This document shows positions 1 to 10,789 of a stretch of DNA of 64,000 nucleotides, piece by piece. Numbering within the stretch: the stretch's first letter is position 1; each line of letters opens with the position of its first letter. A program made the position numbers and the translations under genes. The notes beneath the pieces were generated by a model, which worked only from the letters and a program-made list of their open reading frames with translations, was not told where the DNA came from and made no database searches. This stretch comes from Paragordius varius (lineage: Eukaryota; Animalia; Nematomorpha): NCBI GenBank assembly GCA_964247055.1, contig OZ176051.1, positions 14,508,001-14,572,000 of the forward strand. The letters run 5' to 3'.

Positions 1-309
1 AATCATGTTTTCCATTATATTCTTATGAAATCACACATATTACATTTTAAGTCAATCGATTACAATAGTAGGCTTTACCCTGATAAATTGTTATTCAAAA
101 ATGGCTAAATAAGAATTTCAGGCAAAATTGAAAAGTATTCGTTAGGAAATTTTAACTTTTAAATCCTTTATAGTAAGAAGCCTACAATTATTATTATATT
201 ATACATATTTAATTTGTTTGATGATTTATTTTCACCAATCCTAATGAACACTAAAGATTTTAATTGAAAATATTTTGTCGTGTTCATAACCTTAAATTTG
301 GCGGTTTTA

Positions 310-480
310 TTTATTTAGATGGTTGAACAATAAAAATTGCCCCTATAACCAGTTATCATATAGTAATGGATAGGTTGTGTTCAATAATAACCTCGCTCCA
401 TTTCGATTTGCAGTTTTTCCACCCCGTGTGTAATTGGATCTTTCCAATGGCATCATCATTCATACACCTCCTAAACAAAT
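310..480 (-). mobile_element. Mariner-like transposase C-terminal relic with possible TIR remnant
   Basis: Minus strand reads (with frameshifts) RG..KLQSKWSEVI.EHN, resembling the mariner C-terminus (GI.KL..RW.KVIE.NG). Plus-strand GGTTGAACAATAA at ~320 resembles mariner TIRs. Confidence 0.35.
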
Positions 481-717
481 ATATATTATAGGTCAATTTT
501 AAAAAATTTTGTTCATTTTTGTAATTATACACAAAAAATATTTGAGTCATCTAACCTCATTTTCAAAAAATTGGGGAAATAGTTTTTCCACCTGAATAAC
601 CAAAGGAATATCAAATTTTCTACTAATTACTAGTAGGAATTTTTGAAATATATATATACTTATATACTACGAAATTTCATTTAATATAATTTTTGGAAAA
701 ACTTTTTCGAATTTAAA

Positions 718-3700
718 ATGATTAAATTTGCGCTACCATTTTTAAGTATTCTCATATGCCTAGTATTCAGCCATTTTGTCGGTTAGTATTAAATTTAGAT
801 GAAAAATATACGGATAAAACGTAAAAATATAAAGACAAAAATTTTTTTTAAAAAAAATAACCATACTTTTTTAATCTTGTTTTTTCGATTATAACTTATT
901 ATTTAATATTGCAGTGTGAAATAAAAATATATATAATTAACAATCAATTTTATATTTTACAATCAAATTAAATAGCTTTTAAAAGAAATTTTTAAGGTTT
1001 GAATAAGTATGGTTGTGTTGAAAAAAATATTTGTCTTTATAATTTTGCGTTTTGTCCGTATTTTTATTTTTACTGTAAAAGTATATATATGATTTCGTGG
1101 ATAATACCATTTCTATAAACTCATCAATTATTTTTGAATAACTCAAAGTTTAAAAAAGAATTTTAAAGCATTTAAAACATTTACGAAATCCTGATATTTG
1201 ATATAAATTCATTAATTATTTTCCCTCAAAAAAATATATTAAACATTGACAAATAATTTAAAAAATGAAAAAAAAATACATTTCAAATAAATTAAAGATC
1301 AATATGCTCATAATAAACGTTTCGTTTAAAACATGTTAATATATCCTTTTAATAATTGGGTATTGAGGAAAAAAAATGTTCAATATGAAAGATAGAATAT
1401 TGAATATGATTGGAAAAGGGTTGAAGTCGGTAACATTTTTATTTTATACCAAGCTTTGAGCTATCGAATGACGTATATATATATATTGTAATTGGACATA
1501 TATGTACGTTTTTTCGGCAAATGTCCTGATATTATTTTTAAGCTAAAACTTTAATAGGCTAATAAATCAATTTTAAAATGTTTATTTCAAGATGCTGATA
1601 TTCCGGACGCTGCTATGCAACAACTTATTTTAAAATTGCACAATGATGAACGTAACAGCCTTAATGCCAAAATGATGATGAAATTGGTATGCAATTAAAT
1701 GAACATATATATATAATATACCATTTACAGTTCAAATACCCCCTTAACAATTCAAATTCACCCCCCTTTAACAATACAAATTCACCCTAAATATAAATTA
1801 TGTATTTTCGGGCGGCTAATATAACTCCTAATTATTATGAAATATATCTTAATGTGGCATAGTTTATTATTTTTCCAGTAAATTGCAAACAAAATTTTAT
1901 TCTTTCAAAATATATGAAAAATATAGGTAATTTTTATTAAAAAACATTTAATTATGTTCCGGGGCTAATTTGAATTGTTCAAGGGTGAATTTTAATTGTT
2001 CGTTCGTGGGTGAATTTAAATTGTTTGATGGTGAATTTGAATTGTAAATGGTATATATATCATTCAGTCCTTTAGGCATTTTGAAATAAAAATTTAAAAT
2101 TATATATATATTTTGTTAAACATCTAAAAAGTATCTATATTTTTTTATATCCCCGTGTATGTTTAGAAATGGTATAACGAAGGGGCTCAAATGGCTGAGA
2201 AAAACTTGGCTGCCTGTAGATACGATCATGACGACCCTAAAACATCAGGTAATAACTACAACACTATTATACAGTAAAAGTTGAAATTATTACGGACAAA
2301 ACGTTATAAATAAAGACGAATATATTTTTTTAAAATACAACTATAGTTGTTTTGCTTACTCGAATTAATCCTATTTAAACCATTTAATAACAAGCCTTAA
2401 ATATATAATTGATTATGGTCAATATACATTTCTATTTTATACTTTGGAAAAACAATGAGTTAAATTAAAATTAATCAAGACACAAAAAGTATGGTTGTGT
2501 TTAAGAATTAGTCTGTATATATTTATGTTTTATCCGTATAATATCATTATTACTGTATATATAACTTAAAAAAAACATTTGTTTAGAATACGATGGTGGT
2601 CAGAACCTTGCTTACAATGGAGAACCCGTGAATTGGAATAAAACATTTAATCAATGGAATAGTGAGAAAGATGATTACACGTGAGATAGATATAATTGTA
2701 TTTAGGTATGGAGCTGAAAGACACCGCGGTGTAGTTACCCATTATACACAGGTAGTAAGATTATGTTGATTAAATAATCTTGTAAATTTTTCTGGTCAAT
2801 ATATGCATGACATTATATGTAAATCAATTTCGTATTAGATAATTTGGGCTTCAACTCGGTTGATAGGATGTGCCCACAAGATTTGTCCAACCCGTACCCT
2901 TTATACTTGTAACTATTATCCCAGGTAAAATTTTAGATATGCGCGTCCCAAATGGGGGGAGGGGGAAAATTAGTTAATATTGTTTTTTTTTTCAAATGAA
3001 AGCGAGTCAAGAAAAAAAATAATTTTGCTATTACTTAAAATTATTTATTAAAAAATTTTTATTTGCTAAAACAAACTAATCAAGAGGAAATTTCGGACTT
3101 GCCTACCCCTACGAAAAATCAAGCGGTCAAACATGTATTTGTCCCGCTGATGGTCAGTGTTCCAAGGATTATCCGAATCTTTTAGACACTTGTGGTAAAA
3201 AAATTGCATTATTTCGTGGCAGTCAATTTAGTAAAAGTTGTTTATTTCAAAACGATTTCCTATACCCAATTATTATTGTTATATTAGACATTATTGAAAC
3301 GTGTACCAATAAATATACGAATTGTGAAGTAAATTGTGAGTACAGTGCTAAAGATTGCAAGTTATCTTGTGATCCACTATGCTCAGCTCAAACTTGGCCC
3401 CCTCATAAAAAAGGAATTACTTCTGTAACTAACGGATTGCCAAGTAATAATAGAACAACCAATTCTCCTCCTACGCGTTCTTCAACACAACAACGTCCTA
3501 ATACAACTTTCCGACCCTCTTATAACCCTACTATGGTGAATACTAACAACAATAATAATAATTTGCATTCAACAACGGACAGAGGTTAGATTATAATATT
3601 TTTTGAACCAATAAGGCAAAACATTAAAAGCAGAAGTTTAATATTTTGGTTTTTATTTGCTATACTAAAAAGCCTTTTATTTCGTGATAACGGACTACAT

Positions 3701-4306
3701 TTAATATCAATTGTTTTACAGTGATTTTAATTATACTATGGACAACACGTAAAAATATAAAGACAAATGTTTTTTTCCAAAAGACCATACTCTATAAATC
3801 TTGATTTTTTTGTTAAATTATTTAATATTGCAAAGTTTGAAATAGAGATATATTACTAATGCAATCAATTTTATACAATCATAATTAAATAGCTTATAGG
3901 GAAAAAATTAAAGTTGGGAAAAGTATGGTTGTCTTTTGAAAAAAAATATTTGTCTAAATTTTAAGTTTTGTCCGTATATTCAATTTTTAATGTGGATATA
4001 TAAATTTTAAAGATATTCCGAAAGATATTAAAACAATACCCTGTAAAATATAAATTTTTATATAGTGTTTTGTGTTCATAATAGTATAACATTTTCATAA
4101 ATGTTATAGTTCCAAGTAATAGAAACAATGCTGAAGCTCCTAACCCTAAAGATTTTGCAAATTATAATGATTACGTTCGAGCTCACAATGATTGGGCTTA
4201 TCGCCAACAAGGAGATGTTAATGTTGGCCGTCCGAACCGAAATGATTTTAGCAGTTATAACGAATATGTTCGAGCCTACTATGAATGGTCTAATAATCGA
4301 AATTAA
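718..4306 (+). CDS. Secreted CAP/SCP-TAPS (CRISP / venom-allergen-like) protein, 356 aa, 9 exons: 718-781, 1592-1686, 2167-2248, 2587-2680, 2706-2751, 2839-2924, 3085-3194, 3288-3584, 4110-4306
   Basis: All introns are GT-AG and phase-compatible; total 1071 nt = 357 codons. Signal-like MIKFALPFLSILICLVFSHFV, then CAP motifs LKLHNDER, KWYNEGAQMAE..C..DH, GQNLA, WNSEKDDY, THYTQIIWASTRLIGCA..C....YTCNYYPRGN. Followed by hinge TCICPADGQC..LLDTC, a 6-Cys module, a T/N/P-rich linker and a 2x repeat. Confidence 0.9.
1721..2051. mobile_element. MITE family B (TA-flanked CCATTTAC...GTAAATGG), in CAP intron 2
   Basis: Terminal inverted repeats with internal ~20-bp subrepeats (caaattcacccttgaacaatt-like). 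Related copies near 17690-17950, 20050-20330, 29490-29760, 32280-32565, 57060-57250, 59575-59885, 61725-61920. Confidence 0.75.
2272..2555. mobile_element. MITE family A copy (TA|CAGT...ACTG|TA; Tc1/mariner-type ends), in CAP intron 3
   Basis: ~75-bp TIR consensus CAGTAAAAATTGAAATTATACGGACAAAACGTAAAAATATAAAGACAAA..AAGACAACCATACTTTT with TA flanks. More than 25 full or partial copies in the window (e.g. ~795, 3720, 5250, 6070, 9050, 13610, 15565, 16250, 21115, 21935, 22750, 23180, 31345, 37378, 41715, 56030, 60125). Confidence 0.85.
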
Positions 4307-5860
4307 AATAATCAAATCATATATTAGTTAGCATTTTTTAACCAAAAACAATATCTAATTTATTTCATCATAAATTTCTAAATTAATAAATTTGAATGCA
4401 CGTTTTTGATTACATTAAAGAAATTCACAAGATAAATATTCTGAAATTATACTGACTAATCCTAAAAACATCACGACAAATATATTTCTATAAAGACAAT
4501 CATACTTTTATATTAATTTTTCTCCTATATATATGTAATTACAATTGTAACAAATGTAATCGATTGTTTTACCAATAACATAAAAATTTAATACATTCCA
4601 ATTTAAACAATGATTTAGGTAAAAGATTTAAAAAGTATTGTTGATTTTTGAAAAAAAACTATTTTATTTATATTATGTCGTCCGTATAATTTCAATTTTA
4701 ACTGTATAACCTTTTTATTACCATTTTATAAAATAGTCACACAGAAAAACAAAATGATTTCAACATTAAAAGGTCCATCTTTAATGTTTTAAATAAAAAA
4801 ACGAAAAGTGTGTGGATATTTAAAATAATATAGGCCTAAATTATTTTAAAAGTTAATCATTAAATATTCAATACTGTGTCGCAAAAAATAATAGCTTGAT
4901 AGAATTGCTTTAGTTTTGTACTAGGTGCTCTATATCAAAAAATGGCAAAATTTACACATACTTTTTCAAATAATTTTTTGTGTAATTGGTTTATTTCGAA
5001 ATCTAAATAATAAATTATATACTGCACATTAAAAGCAAAACAATATTTTAAAAAAATTGTGGTCCCCGAAAGGCCCATTTTCGCTCTTCTAAAATGGGTT
5101 AGTTCTCTTAAAATAAACACAAAACTGTAATATATGGTATATTTCGATAACTAAAAATATTTTGAAGCACACTTTGTTCAATTTAATTTTTAGCAAAATT
5201 TTGTTGAGCGTACGTCATACTATTTATGCATCAACGGTATCACTTTAAGATAATATATCATAACTTTTTCTAAATAATAAATTCGATGATGCTAAACATT
5301 TTTGTCACCTCAGAAATTCGATTATATATATAGCAAAAATTAAGATTATTAAAAGTATGGTTATTTTTAGAAAAAAATTTTGTCTTTATATTTTTACGTT
5401 TTGTCCGTATAATTTCAGTTTTTACTGTAGATTATCTTAAATACTTATACGATAAAGTATGACTTTTGAAGCCACAAAACCAAAATTAGTTTACCGAGGT
5501 AGCTATTTTAAGTTTGTTGACATATTAAACAAGTTATACTAATCCCTATCATATTGCAACATTAGTCCATGATATGATAGAATACATCGATATTTAGCAC
5601 CCAGTTTTCATATATTTTGTCATATAATTAATATAAATTCTATAAACTATTTCAAAAATGTGGGGATGATTTAGATAGCTTTTAAATTATATTATATATG
5701 AGATCATAGATTCGATTTTTGTAGGTAATTTATAATTTATTTAACCTTATTTTTAAAATATTCTAACTTTTAGTTTTAGATTCATACGGACAAAACGTAA
5801 AATTATAAAGACTTTTTTTTTAAAAAAACAACCATACTAATCCATTTTTTTAAAATTAAT

Positions 5861-5950
5861 TTGTTATCCGTATTTGACCATATCTTCTCTTCTGTACAGC
5901 GACTGGCCAGGTCTAGCTTGCACTATCATTGCAAGACCCAATTTTTACAT
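5861..5950. other. Conserved GC-rich cassette, copy 1 (possible terminal exon; function unresolved)
   Basis: Near-identical to 58245-58335 and 62840-62930. Pyrimidine tract plus CAG acceptor at 5897-5899. Confidence 0.6.
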
Positions 5951-6579
5951 AAAAAATGGAAAATATGAATTAATTTTATTCTGATAAAAAGATGTATCAA
6001 TATTCTCATTGTGTTTTTGGCTTTAGGGCTTGCTAGTGATTTAAAGTAATTTTTTTCTCTGTGTATATTACAAACTTGAAATCATACGGACAAAACACGT
6101 AAAAATATAAAGACAAATATTTTTTTCTAAAAGACAACCATAATTTTGAATCTTGATTTTTTTAAATATCAAAGTATAAAATAGAAATGTATATTGTAAC
6201 ATAATAATCAATTATATAATTTATAATTGATTTAAAACTAAAAAGTATGGTTGTCTTTTAGATAATAATTGTCTTTATATTTTTACGTTTTGTCCGTATA
6301 ATTACAGTTTTCACTGTAATAATACTTTTGGAAAGATGCGTGAATCTTTACAATTTATTTGCATAATGCGCGTTCTGATATGGAACATAAACAAGAAAGT
6401 GTAAAATTTTTTCATATCAGCATAAAAACTAAAGGACCATTAAAATTTTTAAAATTCAAATTATTGCATGAAAAATCTTTAGAGAGAACAACTATTATAA
6501 TTTAAATTCATCTATATAACTTTATAAATAAAAATATAAAATATATGAATGATTGTATTACCAATTTACCTCTTTATGT

Positions 6580-7995
6580 CAGGACTTATTAAACTATGGG
6601 TCGAAACGCCATGGGTCGCGTAACATAATTATGGGATCGCGAGTGATAAAAATACAATTTAACAAAAGTTTCTTTTTATTGTTAAAAAGAAAAATAACAA
6701 TCAACGTAGATATATATTTATAGTAAAATCTTCTGGTTAGAAAGCCTGATTATACCAGCATTTCTATTCCGATAATTATAATATCTTGTATAACTATGAT
6801 TAAAAGATGTTATAGAAATTCATAAAAAATGTACATTTATATTTGTCAATCTCTTAAAACCGAAACGATCCTGATTAATATTATTTCGAAGAAACTATAT
6901 AAGCATTTCGTGTTATTTTCATTTACATTGTATAATTGCAAACGAAGTGCAATAATTCCGAATTAGTCAGTTTAGAAATTTTTTTCCAATGTCCCTGTAC
7001 CAATAATTTCTTTATTTATTTGGTAATTAATGAATCAAATATTATTTGCAATATGTTATTTCATATATTTATCGTATTTTAGGAAAAAAATAACTTTTGC
7101 CCATGAATAAATGGCTGTTAAATAAGAATGGTTGATAAACCAACAAATTCTTCTCAGACAAAAATAAGTTGTGGAAAAGACATCAAATGTGAGAAAAATA
7201 AAATATAATAAGTCTTTTCTTCAATTTGGCTTTACATTTCAAAATTTGTAATGGTAATAAACAACCTCTTTGTTTGATATGCAATGAAATATTGGCTTCG
7301 GAGAGTATGAAACCATCAAAATTGAAAAGACATCCTGATTCAAAGCATGTTTCGTATGTCAATAAACCTAAAGAATATTTTGAAAGATTGTGCATATCTT
7401 TAAATAAAGAAAAGAAAAACACCGAAAAATTCATAGCCGTTAATGAAAAATATTTACTAGAATCATATGAAGTTTTATACTGTATTGCTAAAAATAAAAA
7501 ACCGTTCACCATTAAAGAAAATCTTGTGTTACCTGTTGCTATTAAAATGGTAGAACTACATGGAAGAACATATGGCGATGATATTCGAAAAATTCCTTTG
7601 TCGAACGCTGTCTCAAATAAAATTTTTGATATTAACAACGAACAATTAACACAACTTATGACAAGAATTTGAGAAAGCCCAAAATTTTTGCTTCATTTGA
7701 ATGAAAAAACTGATATTACTAAATTGACTCGTTGTTACTATATGACAGGTACGTTTATAAAGAAAGCGTGGAGAAATTTGTTGTATGGAAGACCATGCCA
7801 CATGGAAAAACATATATCGTAAAGTTGATGAATATTTAAAAGCACATGGTTTAAAATGGAAAAATTGCTATATATGCAAAGATGGTGCGAAGCGATGACG
7901 GGAAAAATATTGGTTATAAATTATTTTTCAAACTATTATTATGATCATATAACTTTTACATTGCCATATTCACCGAGAGGCTTTAGCAGCAAAAA
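6580..7995 (+). mobile_element. Degenerate hAT (Buster/Charlie, ZBED5/SCAND3-like) transposon
   Basis: TIR-like CAGGACTTATTAAACT at 6580 and subterminal GGGTCGCG motifs. ORF 7226-7672 has CLIC..ILA.ESMKPSKLKRH..KH and KKPFTI.ENLVLP. Downstream frameshifted C.DGA.AM.G and H..HREALAAK. Truncated at a MITE-A near 8000. Confidence 0.85.
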
Positions 7996-8424
7996 AATAA
8001 CATTTAAAAAAAGTATGATTGTCTTTTAGAAAAAAATATTTTTTTATATTTATAGGTTTTGTCTGTATAATTTTACTGTAAAAACTATATAACTCCAATT
8101 TTCTAAAATCATTAAAGTATTGTTTAAGAATTTAGACAAAAAAGCGAAACTCGTTTAATCAAAAAGCTGACGTTGTTAAATATACCCTATGATTTAATCA
8201 TTGTTATGGAATTTGTATAAGAATGCAACAACTAAGTCATATTTTTTCAATATCCCGTATGTTAAGGGTTTTATTTCTCAGATTCCTATTTTATTTAAAT
8301 TTGTGTATATTGTTATAATTATTTTATGAAAAGCAGGAAATTTCCTGATCTATATATATCAAATAATTAATAAGAAATAGAATTACAACTGAAATCACCT
8401 TTTAATTATCAAAATTAAGTAAAA

Positions 8425-10540
8425 TTCATCTATGTGTATTTATGAGCAATAAAAATTTATTTAAGTATGAATTTAGGGCTATAAAACGGAGCTTTTAGGA
8501 CCACGGTTTGGTTAACACTGATTAGCTCTTTACTTTTTATAACTAGTTATGATGTAACTGACAACCTTAGTTGGAAATGGCAACTTTCAACAATATTTGC
8601 AACTTGAAATTATTTTTATGTTTCTAAAAAATAAATAAACATGATAGGCTCTGTCTAATAAAAACGAGTTTAAGGAAAATAAAATGCCTAATTCATATTT
8701 CAACTGAGTTTTATAAAGGTTTGTTTAAAATTGCAAGAGAGATGTTTTAATTTACAATTGTAACTAAGTATTAACGGGATACATTAAAGTTTTGAAGTAT
8801 GATTGTCTTTTGAAAAAAAATATTTGTCTCAATATTTTTACGTTTTGTCCGTATAATATCAACTTTTACTGTATTTTTAAATTCAATGGAGCTATTATCA
8901 AAAAAATATCTAAGAAACCAGTTTAAAACTGCTTTAGACCAGAAGAATTAAAACTCTGCGAATACTATTTACAGGATTGAATATAAGGAAGGGTTAGAAA
9001 GTAAATATTCATGTAAGATGGCTCTTATTGTTATATCTAATTTAAGATTAAGTAAAAATTAAAATTATACGGACAAAACGTAAAAATATAAAGACAAATT
9101 TTTTTTTATCAAAAGACAACCCATACTTTTTTAGACCCTCATTTTTCCTATAAAAACATTACAATGGTAAAATATGTAATGATTGTATTACCAATATACG
9201 TCTCTATTTTATACTTGGGTGTTCAAAAACAATGTGTTATATAAAAAATCAAGTTTTAAAAAGTATGGTTGTATTTAAGAAGTTATATTTTTACCATTTG
9301 TCCGTGTCAATTTTTACTGTAATACCAAAGCTTGAATAAATGGACATTATAATATATTTACTCAAACAATAATATTTATTATTAGTAATATATTATGGCT
9401 TTGCATAAAAAATTAAGGTTAAACCAATTTTTGATATTCCGAAACATTCAGAGTGTCATTCAAGAATTTCCGCCTAACAAGTCGGTAAGTAAAAATCCGC
9501 TCGGTAGAATTTTCAATTTCTCCTATCATAGAACATAGAATTGAATTATTCAGACAGAATGACACAAATATTAAACCTAAGGCAAAATTTAAATAGAATT
9601 TTAACATCATGCAAATTATAATGATATTTTTACAAATGAAACCTTACACTTGACTATTTGCAAAAAAAAAACACATCATCATAATATATGTGAAAGTGAT
9701 ATTTTGGTGTTCTTGATCTCATTAACGCTTTTACAATGTTTCATCGAAATATACTACATGTAGTTTATTACTTAAAATATGTACATTTTAAATATTTTAA
9801 ATGTTTTTTTGTGATAACATTTCACTAATAAATTATAAAACAAACTGTTATGACAATGATAAAATATTGTGAACTTAAATACGGTTATTATATATGTAAT
9901 GCTTTTTCAAACTCAATATTTTTACACGTAAAAATAGTTGCTTTTACTATCGGGGTAGTTTTAGACCCCAACACGAGTTTAACTAAAATCTTGCATTCAG
10001 CTAAATGAATCAAAATTTCATTTCATAAAATTCCAATCTTTTTAGCCACCATTTTTTTCTCATTTTTATAAAAAGCCATACGAAGCAAATATATATATTA
10101 TGGTTTTAAAATATAAAACTTTAAAGCTTTCACTTACATTCTCCCAGCAAATTTTTGATATTTATTTATTTTATGATCAGCTGCTGGTTTCAATCGGGTT
10201 TCGAAACATTCTAGTTGTGAGCTTGAACTCTTGATATATCATGATTACCAATTTCGGACTCTAAACTATTATAAGCTTTTATATTAAAAATGTTAATAGA
10301 AAATAAAACAAATCTACCATAACACTGATCAAAAAAATGATAGGATTATAAAGTATATTGCAATACTTATTTAATATATATTTTTCAAATACAATGTGTC
10401 CACAAACTGTGTCGTTGACATTTTTGGACAGAGTAAAGACGGTAATATATATATATTTTATTCATTTATCACTTCAATATTCATTTATATTTGGTTTTAA
10501 TTTTTAAGAACAACTTCTAGAATATTTATAATCATATATA
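8425..10540 (+). repeat. Direct segmental duplication unit A (partner 22250-24600)
   Basis: Colinear blocks, e.g. agtatgaatttagggctataaaacgg (8465 / 22275), ctaacaagtcggtaagtaaaaatccgctcggtagaatttt (~9475 / 23585), tttggacagagt (~10425 / 24490). Confidence 0.85.
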
Positions 10541-10789
10541 AAATCTTTTAACGATAATCATGTTTTGCTTTTTTATCTAGTTTATGATATATTTTATTAA
10601 TGTTTTTTGAAATGAAGCCTAAAAAAATTATTTAGAAATATGCGCATATTTTGCCCTTTTAAATGGACCACTTATCACAAAAGTGTTATATTTTTTTTAA
10701 GTCCTCGTAAGGGCCAAAGCCAAGAGCACCATATAATTCTGATACATTTTACAATCAGAATATATACTCTATCAGTCTTTTATTGTGGA

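Noticed and set aside
4076-4331. Track ORFs 4128-4331 (+) and 4076-4315 (-)
   Set aside because: Off-frame and antisense shadows of CAP exon 9. The spliced frame starting at 4110 gives the coherent repeat protein.
5900-5950. Identification of the cassette as a known Sm-class snRNA (U4, U5, U4atac, U7, SL)
   Set aside because: AATTTTTA lacks the Sm-site G, there is no strong 3' stem-loop and no U5 loop-1 or other diagnostic motif. Kept only as an unassigned structured-RNA alternative.
5981-6047. Signal-peptide-like KRCINILIVFLALGLASD on the plus strand
   Set aside because: No in-frame ATG or acceptor, closed by stops, and absent from the two paralogous loci.
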